From positions 4,402,001 to 4,466,000 of the forward strand of contig CM106586.1 of assembly GCA_048013815.1 (NCBI GenBank): a stretch of DNA of 64,000 nucleotides, in the 5' to 3' direction. Source of the stretch: Setoptus koraiensis (Eukaryota > Animalia > Arthropoda). Of this stretch, positions 12,558 to 25,489 are shown piece after piece. A program made the position numbers and the translations under genes. Positions within the stretch are counted from its first letter, which is position 1; every line of letters starts with the position of its first letter. The notes beneath the pieces were generated by a model. It did no database searches and was not told the DNA's origin. It worked only from the letters and a program-made list of their open reading frames with translations.

Positions 12558-13276
12558 CGACATCATACATTCGTAGTATGTTCTTAATGACCGTTGTCAC
12601 CGAAATTGTCGGCAAGCATATGGTCCCACTGACACTGAAACCAATGGCCGTCTGATATGGCTGTCTAGGCATTTGGATATTTGCATAAACAACTCAACTA
12701 AATTAAATAATTTTACGTATATAGATGCAGCAGCAAGAAGAAAAACGAGATACAATTTTTTCCCAAGTTCTACTAATTATCTGTGAATGAGCGAACAAAA
12801 ACAGACAAAGTGCCTCATCACTCACCTGTTGTGTGGCACCGTTTCACACTGTGCCTCATCGTATACACACTTATTACGCTATGATATTATAGGATGGGCA
12901 TGCATAAAAGCCATTCATCATCGACGGTGGCGACTACGGGTCTGTGTGTATGCGCGAGGCTGGACAACACTGATTATCTGATTGTTGTTATCGTACAATT
13001 GAGCCCACTAGCATCGCGTCATTTTGTTCATCATCATAACTCGGTTCTATTTTATTCGGATAGTTGCGTTGGAATGGTTGCGTGTGGTAACATCACTTTC
13101 TCTTGTTTTGGGGCGTTGTCGCTGAAATAACCAACCTCACAGAGCTACATTAAACATGTTATATATCGTTGTTGGTGTGTGGGTGAATAGAGGTGGTAGT
13201 AGTGATGGTGGTGATGAGTGAGCTTGCAGCTCGCTTTAAACAGTGAAACAGCTACCAGCTTTAACTTCGGTGGCCA

Positions 13277-13300
13277 AGAGAGAGAGAGAGAGAGAGAGAG
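13277..13300. repeat. (AG)n microsatellite (another at 13675-13702)
   Basis: Read directly from the sequence. Confidence 0.95.
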
Positions 13301-15085
13301 GTACGTGCAAAATCGCGAGCTGCCCTTTTGTCCATTGTTGTAACTTGCAACGTATCTGAATAGCGTGTTGCATCTGATTGAATGCGAATGACCAGGCCAA
13401 AATGAGCTAGTTTACGCGCTCGGCACAATGAATAGGATGAGTTTACACTCTCACTTCTGATAGCGAAACTCACGTATGGGTCCACTTATGTGGTTCAAAA
13501 GCTTTTTTTTCGCAGAGATGTACATATTTCGTGTGTCGCTAGGTAGTTGGCGTAAAACAAATTGCGCCACAGACTCAATTGAAGTCACCAGACTCTATCG
13601 CCGACACTATGTACCTGGGCAACGCGTGCTTTGTGATACGTGCTTGGTATAGGCAGAGCGAAAGGCATGGAGCAAGAGAGAGAGAGAGAGAGAGAGAGAG
13701 AGCACGTGAAAAAGAAGTAAAAACAGTTATGCAATGTGGCGTGCAACAACGAATGGCATGAGGGGGGAGAGAGAGAGCGAATAAAATGCAAATGATTATC
13801 ATCAACATCATCAAATGTGATGATAGCAGGCTCTATAAGAATGATGTGGCACGGCAGAGATGATTAGGGGAGCCGGGGACACACTAGAGCGCGGGGTCGT
13901 TGTTGTGGGCCCCGCCGGGTCGTGGTGTTAGTTGGCTGCGTAATCATTATGTAAGAATATGAGATAGTATGAGAGTGGTAAAAAGAAGCCGTGTTGCATG
14001 TTTATGTAAATCTCCGTTATTATGCACAGCAGAGAGAAGAGCGCGATGGTCTAGTTATCTGGCAGTGCGATCTGTTACATCAACTACTATCACTACTAGC
14101 TCTACTGGCTCTACTGGATGGTGCTGTAGCTGCCGCGACGGCCGCTATTAATGCCGCTGCTGCTTGCATCGACGGCAACGGCGACGATGACGACGATGAC
14201 GACACCGACGACCATATACTGGATAATAGTGGTAGTGGTAATAAAAGCAATCACGACTACAAAACAGATATTATGACTTATGTCGGCTGTTGCATCATCA
14301 TTTTATTTTTGTTTCTGTGGTGGTGGTGGTGGTGGTTGTTGGTGCTGGCGTATGTATCATCGCCGGCAACAATGATTGGCAATGGTGAACTATGAGTGTG
14401 TGCGAGCGCTCACTTTATTTCGGCCAAGCTCCTATTATCGCGATCATTGCGCCACCATGTACCATGTAACATGTATAAATGTATTAATGTGCAGTATGGT
14501 GGTGTAGTTGACTGCTGGCTGGCTGGCGACTGTTGTTGGCTGTTGAAAAATAAAGCCGCCGCTGACCGCCACCACCTCTAACTGTGTTTATTCGGCCAAT
14601 CCGCCGGCCAGTCCGACGGCCAGCCAGCCGGGCGACCAGTGAGCCAGCCAGTGAGCCAGTGGGACAGCCAGACGAAGCCAGCCAGAGATAATAATCTCTT
14701 TGGATGTTTGCGTGCCTCTCCGCTGCCGCTGCCGCTGTCGTTGTTGTTGCCGCTGCCGCTGTCGTTGTTGCCGCTGCCGCTGTCGTTGTTGCCGCTGCCG
14801 CTGTTGTTGTTGCCGTTCACCTGGCGCAAACTGGATCATGTCCATTATTGCGCATCAAGAGCGCCGATCATTATCGTCGTGGCAGCGTGCTCACAACCAA
14901 TAGAGTTCCCAGTGTTGTTGTTGTTGTTGTTGTTATCACTGTCTCTTGTTACCCCTATTGGCGGTGGCAATGGCAGTGGCCAAAGAGAAGCGCTACTCGG
15001 CTATCCAGTTTCGGCGGGCGCGCGAGTCGCCTCTCGCGTCTCGCAGCGCCGCCCGGGCTCCTTGCAACGCCCGTTCGGGCTTCTC

Positions 15086-15138
15086 ATTTGTTGGCTGTCT
15101 CGGCGTTGAGAGTCTCAACGCCGAGACAGCCAACAAAT
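15086..15138. repeat. Perfect 53-bp palindrome (26-bp arms, 1-nt spacer)
   Basis: ATTTGTTGGCTGTCTCGGCGTTGAGA-G-TCTCAACGCCGAGACAGCCAACAAAT. Confidence 0.97.
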
Positions 15139-18100
15139 TGGCGGCAGCAGCAGCGGCTCTAAACGGGCGGCCGTTCCGGCGCCACCAAGACAATCGCCAC
15201 TTTGAGCACTGCAGCGGCAACGGCTGTAATCTAGTTCATCATTAACAAGGTCTTGTTCTAATTCCCGTTTTGCTCGTCGCTGTTACGTTGTGAATTACGC
15301 TTGCCGGTCCCTTCCTTAGCCGGCCAGCTCGTTGTTAGCGCTGCCGTCGGCCGGCCAGCTCATCCCGGCCGGCCTGAACTGGAACCAAAATTGAAACTTC
15401 AGCCATCATTTACTTATGCAAATTATTACATGCGCAAGTGATGCAAATTATGCTCGCTGACCGGCTGGCCGGCAAGCTCGCTCGCTCGGCCCTCCTTAAT
15501 CAACAGCAAATAATGGCTCGCTTGTGCTCGGATGGTGGTGATAGACACGACATGACACACAACAACATGACCACCAGTAGTACAGGCACTGCAGCTACAA
15601 ATATAACTGGCGCACACTGGATACGACCAGACACGAAATCAAATTACTATTTATTTAAATTAACAGCAACAACTCGCAGAATTAGTGGTGTTTGTTGTTG
15701 TTTGTCGTTGTTCAACAACGGTTGTTGTGTCCATCTGTCATTCCGTCGCACAGCCATAGTCTGTAACAAGTGAGCATGTCATCGTCGTCATCGCCAAGTA
15801 AAACACACGATCTACACAATGATCGGCCTCTTTGGGGGGCTGCAAGCATCAAACTTGTTCACTGGTCAATATGGCTGCTGCCGATGATTGGCCGGCAATC
15901 GATTTGGAGTCGCGCTGACGCGGGAACGAATGCAAATTAAAAGCACTTGTTGTTGTCGATGTCGATGTTGCTGTTGCCGTGTCGCTTGTGGGCAACGCAC
16001 ACAACACTTAAGGTTAAACTGCCATCGTCGACTTGGTCATCATTATGTAAAACTAACAAATGAAACTAGATCACCGCCATACGCAACGGCTGCTTTTCGT
16101 TTGTTTATATGTGAGTGTTTATTTGTGTCTGTGTGTATGTGTAATTGTATGCCACAAATCATGTTTTTTCTCTTCGTTGTTGTTGTTGCTGTCGTTGTTT
16201 GTTGCTGTTGCTGTCGTTGCTTTGGCTGTTGCCAACAGCTTGTTATGCTGCCGTAGTTCAACTCGAGACAGAGAGACGGAGAGAGAGAGACGATAAAATG
16301 AAACAACCACCGCTGCTGATTGGCACCACGCCTGCCGTTGTTGTTGCTGGTCAGCCAGGCAGCCATGGGTGCCTGATTTGTGAGTTCACCATTGCTATTA
16401 ATCGTTGTTTGCATATTAACATTCAAATTAATATTCAAATTGGGCTCGTTCAAGTCAACACACGGCACCAACGGCAACAGCAACAACAACAACTGCAACT
16501 GTTAACAACAGCTCTGCAACTAACCAAACTCAATTTTATTTCCTTCAAATTGGCAAACTTGCAAGCTCAAAGGCTCAACTAAGCAAGCAAACTGAACAAT
16601 CGAGCACCCTTTCGTTTTTAATTATTCAATCATAATTTACGACACTCCATATCTGTGTTACATCAGCATAACAATTGGCCCTATGCGACACTGCCAGTGT
16701 TACAGCGGAGATATGATTTGTTTTAGGCAAGAGAGAGAGAGAGAGGGAGCCTTGAAAAGCCTTAATGATGATCATTAGTCATCTCCGACTTGAACTCTAT
16801 CGCATTATCGGACACAACAATCGGCCCGGCCTATATTAAATATTTTGCACTGCATGCCGGCATGCAGCCTGTAAGAGAGATTGAACAATGCGCAAGCTGC
16901 AAAAAAATGGTCGCTGAAATTAGAGCCAAATCAACGACAACTCTCTGGGGCTGTCGACATGAGCTGTTATGTAACTACTAGTTACTATATGTGATATATA
17001 GTGTACGCAATTGAGCAGTTGGCAACAAATAATATTTGGCTGCTACTCGCTGCCGAGCTCGCTGGCAATGACTACGGACTGTTAATTACACAGTGAGCTC
17101 TTTGCGCTCTGATTAATTTGTCAGCAGCGTTGTCGTTTTAGGCAAACGACAACGCTGCTGTAGTTACGCAACAATAAACAACTGGCTGCTTTAAAAAGAT
17201 TGAAATCACCGCCGCAAACCAACTAAAGCTGCATCACACTGCATCAACAAATATACAAATTAAAAGATAGATTTGCCGATAGCGCTTGCTGCGGATCTAG
17301 GCAAATATAGGCTGCTTATCTCACATATAAACGCTTGTGATTATATTATGAGTATGTATAATATGAGTGATATATGTGTGCAAACATGAGCACAGTTGCA
17401 CATTGTTACACAATATGCAAGATGTGTCCCGGCGATAATTACTCATTGCATTGTTTATTTGCAGCAATGAGTAAACAGCGAGACAAGATAGCAGAGATTT
17501 GTTGATAGACAAACAGCCATAAATAATGATTGATGTAGTATTAGCGGCCGCCAAATTGACCATTATCTCACCAGAGTGACGACGACAAATTAATGGCTGG
17601 CTGCTCTACTTTGTGCTAATAGCTGCTGCTGCTGCTGCCGCTGATATGGCCAATATGGCTAATGGTCATCAATGGTATGATGTTATCACTGGCTGGCTGG
17701 TTGGCTGGCTGGCTGGCTGGCAAATTGTGCAATTTCGACGCGAGCCCAAGTGGGCCAGCTACTCGGTCTACTCGAGTAGGCCGACTGGCATCGTCGTCAA
17801 GTGAATGGGACGAAATGGAAGGAAATGAGGCAATCGGACTCTGGTGCATTTTTTCAACTTTTTACACTTGTGCTTGTGGCTTGTTTATATCTCATTATTA
17901 TGAGCACATAGAGTGCAATTGGTCGGATTGGAACGAGACGAGACGCGGCCAATTGAGCCTAATTGAGCTCGTCGAGGAATGCGAGTGCCGGAGAACAACA
18001 GCATCAACGGCAACGGCAACGGCAGCAACTACAAGTTTAATTGTTGTTGCTGTTGTTAGCACCAGCATCATCATTATCGCGTTAATATTGGCCTGTGTTA

Positions 18101-19151
18101 TATAGACCCGGATATGGTAGTTGTAGTTGGCGTTCGTGAGCAGCGTTCAAACAAACATCATTGGGCAAAATATTATGAATGAAGAGCACGCGTTGCCTCT
18201 CCGGCCGGGCATCTCTGCTGTTGGCCGGGCACTTGCTTCGGCACAATTACCACTTATCACCGGCAGCGCGTTATTGTTTTCTAAACTGTTGTTGCTGTTG
18301 TTTAATTTGTAGTTGTTGTTGTTGCTGCAATCACCTTTCTGGGCCGCTCATTCGTAACGAATGAGCGGCCGCAAACATTGCAAACTTTTAATTGTGGGTC
18401 CGGCTCGTTTAATCAAGGCGCACTTGATAGAAAGTATATTGGACAGTATGAGATATGATGGCAGCAGTGCACTTGGACGCCATGATATCCGATAGTGTGA
18501 TGGAGGTATATTTCACCGGCAGCGTGTATAGTATTTATAGTATTTCGCGGGATAGCATGAATGAGCCGAATGAATGAATCTGTTTGCCTGAAAGGATCGC
18601 TCGCATCCAGTGGCTCGACGCCCGAAAAGACTGATAACAACAACAACAACAATAATGGTAATGGTAATCATAACGAGCGGCCGAGAAACGGTTAGGCACC
18701 AATCAGCTGATTGCGACGCAGTGGCCGGCGATCAATCAAGCTCGATGGCGAGATGGCGCATTGATTTTTCATTTTATTCATTTTATCCATTTTATCCATT
18801 TTGGCTGCTTGTCTGTCGCTTGGTTGTCGTTGCTGTTGGCCAGTTAGCCAGTTAGCCAGTTATGCAATTATGCATATCTGATGCTGATATGTAATTTGCT
18901 GCTGCTGGCCTGTGTAACTATTGCTGTTATTGTTGCCGTTATTATATCCGAGCCTGATCATTATTATTATTATTACTAATATTGAGCAGCCCCAGTGAGC
19001 AGCTTGTGTCGGCGGCTCGATGGTAGCCGGTGGTTGTTGCTTCTGGCAACCGCCACTTTGTCGTTTCACATGGCCGGTCGTGATATCGTGCTATACCGTG
19101 CCTATGCATGCAAACTATCAGCTAACTTTGTATCGCAATCAACTTTGTATT

Positions 19152-19183
<32 letters not shown>

Positions 19184-19279
19184 TGTCTGGCTGGCCATAT
19201 CTGACAATGTGAATGCTGTGATGCTTGCCAGCCAAACATACGGTAAGTGGTTGTTGGTCTCGCCACCAGTCACTGGCAT

Positions 19280-19310
<31 letters not shown>

Positions 19311-20742
19311 GGCAGCAGTCGCTTTTGTCAGTAGTCGCTGGCACACCAGCCAGCAGCCACTGGAGGCTGCCATTGCCAGCCAGCCAGCCATGACGTAATT
19401 GTATTGGCTAGATTCATTAATTAATTATTTTTGCATGTTGTTGTTGCGTTGGTCGCTTGTTATGCGCACTTGAGCGTACGCTGCCAACACCACAGCCGGC
19501 CGACCGACCAAGCTTAACCCGGCCCGATGAGCAATCACCTTTCGGCGAGCCGGGCCGATATTGCGCGACGGCCGGCCGCAGATATTAGCAGATATGAGCT
19601 ACATAATATCCCTGGCCATCGGCTAACAATATCGGATAATATCTTCAAGTAATATTTTCACATGGGCATGGGTACTGGCTGGCCATCGGCTGTGCATGGG
19701 CACATATAAACATATATATAAATGTATATATAAATGTATATATAAATACATGTATAAATCCATGTATAAATACATGTATAAATATGTGTATAAATGCACC
19801 TGTGCGCCGGTAGTTGCCAGTTGCAACATGGGCGCAGTCGCTGGCAAGACGGCTGAACTATATCGGCGGTGAGCGCTCGATGTGTGTCGCGGGCAGCGGC
19901 CAGGTGAGAAGGCCCGGCCAGGCTGCGGCGCCTAGAAACCGGATCTGGCCACTTGTTGGATTGTGTGCGATACCATGCGTCGCTCGGTGCGTCGGTTGGT
20001 GCGTCGGTCGGTGCGTCGGTTGGGCCGCAAAACCGGCCAACAATGCAACGTATCATGCAAATAGCGTTAGCTCGCCTCACACGGTACGACAAGCGACGCC
20101 CACCTGTTCGTGCTGCGAGGGCTCGCGGGAGCTCGCAGGAGCTTGCAGGAGCTCGTGAGAAGTGACCAGTGGCCAGCAGCGGACAAGCATGGTGTTGTTA
20201 GCAAAATCGCAGCCTATCGTGTCTTGAGCCGGTGCCATATGATTGCTGCCGTGCGGTGCTGTCGACGTTGGGCTGGCCAGCAGTTTTGTGCGCCAGTTTG
20301 TTGCGGCATGTAACGCATAGCCTATGCGTTACATAGGTAACAAATGTAATGTTGGCGCATGATGTTACTGTTGCTGTTACGCAGTTTGTGTTAGTGCTGT
20401 GTTTTGTTACGTAATGCATGTCAGCCAGTTGCATGCCATTGGCCAGCCAGTAACGTGAGTGGATAGACAGTAGACGCGCTGCGCCAACAATGACGGCCAC
20501 GCTGACGGAACGCACCGACGACCATGACTGGCCCAGTGATGCCGCTGCCGCCGCCGTTGCCGCTGATGATGATGATGATCTAGATCACAAGTGGTTGTTG
20601 TTTCAATGATGCTGTTACACACAGACACACATGTTACATAACATAACACTATTATATGTATTATGTAATGGTTAGGTGGGCGCGAGCTGCGACTCATCAG
20701 CACGACCAAGCTCACTCATTCACCTGTGCGCTCGCCTGTATA

Positions 20743-20832
20743 CAGCTCACCTGTACGCAGCTCACCTGTACGCAGCTCACCTGTACGCAGCTCACCTGAA
20801 CACTGCTCAGCTGAGCACGGCTCACCTGTGTG
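20743..20832. repeat. 15-bp tandem array CAGCTCACCTGTACG x6 (last three copies degenerate)
   Basis: Each unit carries CACCTG, except one with CAGCTG. Confidence 0.92.
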
Positions 20833-23560
20833 TGTGTAGCACAGGAGTGTAGTTGCGCTATAGCACATGGTGCATATAGTGCATGCTAGTAGCACAATAT
20901 TATAGAATGGTCAGCGAGCTTGCCAGTGAGTGGCCGCAGTGGCGTAGCGCAAAATGTGTATGACATGACAAGTGCAAATGCATCATGCGCACACTGTTAC
21001 GTGATCGAGCATTAGTGTGTGTATATGAATTAGACGACCATTGAGCCAGTGATTAGATGATTAAACGAGGGCGTGGGCGAGTGGGCAGCATCGTCGAGCG
21101 AAGCAAAGCATCATATTGCACACTTTGCATTGGACACAGGCACACACTCGGACAACACAGGCTGTCTGTGTTCAGGCTCACTGAATAAAATCGAGTTACG
21201 TAATGGTCTAGACGACGACCGCGACTGCGACCACTACGACCAGTAGTAGTGCTGCGGGCTCACTGGCTCACTGGTAGTAGCAACAGGTAGTTATGTTATC
21301 GACTTTATGTGTTTCCAGTTTGCATCGGCTACCGCTTCTAGCTACTCGTTGCTGCCGACGACAGCGCACTCTGTCTGTGGTGCCATCGGTTGGCTGTGAT
21401 CATGCTATTCTGATCATCTTACTATGATCATCTTATTCTGATCACCATACGTCTGATTAGGATGGCGTGAGTAGTGCACAATGAACAGATATGTGTATTT
21501 GTCGCTATCAATCAGCAAGCAACAACCTGTCGCAACTGCAGCAACAGTGACAAATGGCAAGCTAGCCGACAATGGTCGCATGGGCACTTGTGGTCACTTG
21601 TTAGTTGTTTGCCATTAAGCGCACATACACACATCAATTAATGGCTCGATGAGCCAGTCAGCGCAAAGGTAATAAATAAAATTATCTTTTTATGCTCTGT
21701 CGCTTTTGGCTCGGCAACGACAGCTAGTGGCCAGTGGCCAGCTCGATGAAGGATCTCGATGGTCTCACCTGTTGTTGATGAGCCTATAATTGGTTGCTAT
21801 GACAACTACTGGTGCCACTGCCATTATGTGCTGTTAATGTGCGCTTGTTGTGGTCTAGTGACTCTCAGTGGAGTCAGCAGTGACTGGTGCCAGTGACTGG
21901 TGCCAGTGGCACTCTGGCCAGACTCAACAACTTGCGACCAACAGCCAACAACCAACAGCCAACAACCAACAGCCAACAGCCAACAACCAATGCCAGTGTC
22001 AGCGAGCTAGCGAAAAATCACATCAGCGAAAAGTAGAGCAGCAAGCTAACAGGAGAAGACAAGAGCAGAAGCGATGGCCATGTAAAGAAGATAAAAAGAT
22101 AACGTAATACCTGCTACGATATAACGACATAACAAGAGATACAAACGGCCGATACAAACAACAGCCACTTGAGCGCGCCATCTATATAAGCGCACATATT
22201 TATATTTATATTTATATTAATAGTTATATTTGTTGTATCTGTGCACAGTCAACATACAACTAACAGGCTTGACATAATATATAATAACGATGATATAACG
22301 ATGTTGCAGCCACCAGTCGGTCGTAATATTGTCATTCGACGACAAGATGGACAAGCCAGATGAGGCTTGCGAGATAAAATCGACGACAGAAGCCGCACTT
22401 TGCAGATATAATTATAATTATTATTCTAATTCTAATTATTATATAAGCAGTTGCAGTTGCTAAACAAGTATCTGCAAGTTCAGGCAGCTTGCATGTTATA
22501 CCATGGCTGTTATATCATGGCCGGCATATACTGCAGTGTATGGCTGATTGGTGGATCATATTGAACTGACGTAATGTTGTTGTTGTTGTTGCTCACAAGT
22601 AATGTTGTGCATATGGTAATATGATGTGAGTGCTGTACAACTACCAGATACTTGCAAACTACAAAACGGCAGCGTCTGTTGTTGCTGTTGCTGTTGTTGT
22701 TGTTGGCTTCTTTTTGAGCCACTTGCAGCGAGTCGCTCGCAACTGGCAAATGTTGTAATTTGAGCAACCTCAACTATTCACTTGACTGGCTCACCTGTTC
22801 TGGCCACCGTATTGCAGTGACTGTGTTGCAGTCAGTGCAAGCCTTTGTGTTGCTGCTGGCCAGCTTGATACAATATTGTTGTTGTTTCGTGTTGTTGTTT
22901 GGTGTTGAACATTGTGTGGCGCGCGATGCCATGAGAACTTGGCCGTCTAATTCCATTACCTGACTTCAGTTCCGTCCATTAACCTTCTTCGTGGCCGCTG
23001 CTGCTGCTTTCAATTTTGCTGCCTCTGCCGTCTTGGTCGCTTTTGCCGCTCCGGCGTCGACTGGCTAGGCTTCGCAATCAGAATCGGACTCGGCCCGCCA
23101 GAGCAGCGGCACACGAACAAATTCATCACTCTCCTATACACTGCTTGCCCAACACGCCCAACATGCCCGACGCGCCCGACATGCCCAACAAACCCGACAT
23201 GCCCGACGAGCCCGACATGTCCGACAAACCCGACATGACTGATAGTGAGTATGTGGCAAGCCGAGTTGCCGCCGAGTGTGTTCAATGTGAGATGTGACGC
23301 TATGCTAGATAGATGCGGCTGCCATTAGTGGTGGCTACACTCACTTGCGAGCGGAGTAGCAGTGAGAAATGCACTTGTTGTGTTGTTAGTGTCTCACAGT
23401 AACAACAGTAACTAAAAGTGCACTTTATGGGTTAGTTAATATAACAAATTGCGCAACAACAACTACTTGTTATTTGGTGCCCTCGCCTTCTCGAATGTGC
23501 CTAGGCTCACATGATGCGCTGCTATGAGCGGGCAGCAGCCGATGTGTGGCACCGCCGCTT

Positions 23561-23695
23561 GCTGCAGCAGCAGCCGCGCCACCAGCAACAACAACAGCAG
23601 CAACAACAACAACAGCAACAACTACAGCTGAAACAACTACAGCAGCAGCAACAACAACAACAACGACAACAACAACAACAACAACAACAACAAAG
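23561..23695. repeat. CAG/CAA trinucleotide tract
   Basis: Read directly from the sequence; no splice or homology support for coding. Confidence 0.9.
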
Positions 23696-25440
23696 CTAGC
23701 CGGACAATCATCACGATATTGTTACGTAATGATTGTGTGCGAACACACACACCTGTAATTACCTGTCTCTAGCTCGCTTGCCTACCTGTCCAGCTGACCG
23801 TCTGTCCAGCTGACTGTCTGTCCAGCTGACTGTCTACACAGCTGACTGTCGGTCCGGCTCACTGTCCGTCCGACCGACTGTCTGTCGACCGGCTGACGAG
23901 CTCGCTGGCCACTGGCCAGTTGTGTCGCGGCCGGCGATGGCTAGCCCGTGAGTGGGCCAGTCATCGGGCCGCTCATCGAGACCGGCCATTGTCGGTCGCA
24001 CCATGTGCCCGTATATTCAGTCGTATGGTGCAGTGTCATGAGGTGCAGTGTCACGCGGTGCAGTGTCACGCGGTGCAGTGTCTTGCGGTGCAGAGTGATG
24101 CGGTCACTCAGCGGTCAGTTGAGCGCTCGACGCAACACCGAACGAGTGCGTTAGCTGCCAGCTCAACTGTGTAAGTGCGATACGCTCCGTTGAGTGGCCA
24201 GCACGTGACATTTGCTCAACCAATTACTTACTTGTTTGGGGCACTCGCTCGCTCGTTGTCAGGCCAAATCTGGCCATTCGCTGACAGCGGCCGAGCGAAA
24301 GTTTTGTCAGTCGCATCTTTTGCTCGCTTTTGTGTTGCCCGTCATTTGCTCGCCGTCCACCAGTCGCTGTCCAGCACGCTGTGCTCTGGTGGCCGTATCT
24401 GTCCTATGTGTCCTATAGTGGCTCGCCAAGTGCAATTTGGCGGCCAGCTGCAAGTGCGACCGCAACCGCAACGGACCGGCCCGCGACCGAACTGGCGGTC
24501 AGTGCTCGGTGCGCCCCTATCGAGCGCGCTGGCAGCCATCGCTGAGAGCTGACCATTGGCTCAAAGTTTGAGGCTCAAACGTTGAGGAATTCAATCCATG
24601 CGACGCGCACAGTAACACTGTCACAATATACATGTAGAAGCCAGTCGTCCGCTAGATGGCCAACGGGCCGACAAATAATAATTAGTCATTAAGTGTGTAT
24701 AAAATGCCAGCGCGCTTATCTAACGTCGATCTGTTTATTTGTCAGTGGCGCTGACTTATAATGGCCGCCTATGGCCGCTTATCGATGTCGCCAATCAGCA
24801 CATAATGACCGATGATTCGGCCAGCCAGCGCCACAATCAAGCCAGCGCCACAAACAAGCCAGCGCTTCAATGTCAGCTGATGGTCAGTCCGGCGCGACAA
24901 AGCCAAACAACATGCGCCAACAATGGTCAGCTGGTGGCGCTGTGACAGCAACAATTAAACCGGGCAGCGTCATCAATTAATGAGCGCCCTTCGCCCATCG
25001 CCCCTCACCCATCGCTCGTCGGCGTCTTCACGCGCCAACTGGCAGCGGTCGGCAAACTCGACCGCGGCCAACTCACACGCTCTGCCGACAGATTTGCACA
25101 GATTTCATCGGATTTCGACAAATTTCGACACATTTTCAAACAGATTTCGGCAGATTTCAACAGATTTTCGGGCAGATTTCAACAGATTTTTGCGCACAGA
25201 TATCGTCTCGCGATTGTCGTCGGTGTCGCTGTCGGCGGCTCGCGATCATTGAGCTAATTGCGTCGATAGAGCACTGTCGCGCAACAATACAAATTGTCCG
25301 ATCACTTGTTGAGTCAACAATGTTGAGCGAGTCGCAAACAACAAGTGACGACAAAGCGCCGCTCGTCCATCGGTGTGGTGCCGCCGTTTGTTGGCGAGTC
25401 GCAAAACTTGAATGATCGCCAGCCAAATGGCAGCAATTTG

Positions 25441-25489
25441 AGCGTTTGACAGTCAACGTTTGACAGTCAAACGTTGACTGTCAGACGCT
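25441..25489. repeat. 49-bp palindrome (24-bp arms, one G:T mismatch, 1-nt spacer)
   Basis: AGCGTTTGACAGTCAACGTTTGAC-A-GTCAAACGTTGACTGTCAGACGCT. Confidence 0.95.

Noticed and set aside
22966-22978. miR-184-like string (minus strand TGGACGGAACTGA)
   Set aside because: Matches the seed but lacks two internal bases, and no complementary arm forms a precursor hairpin.
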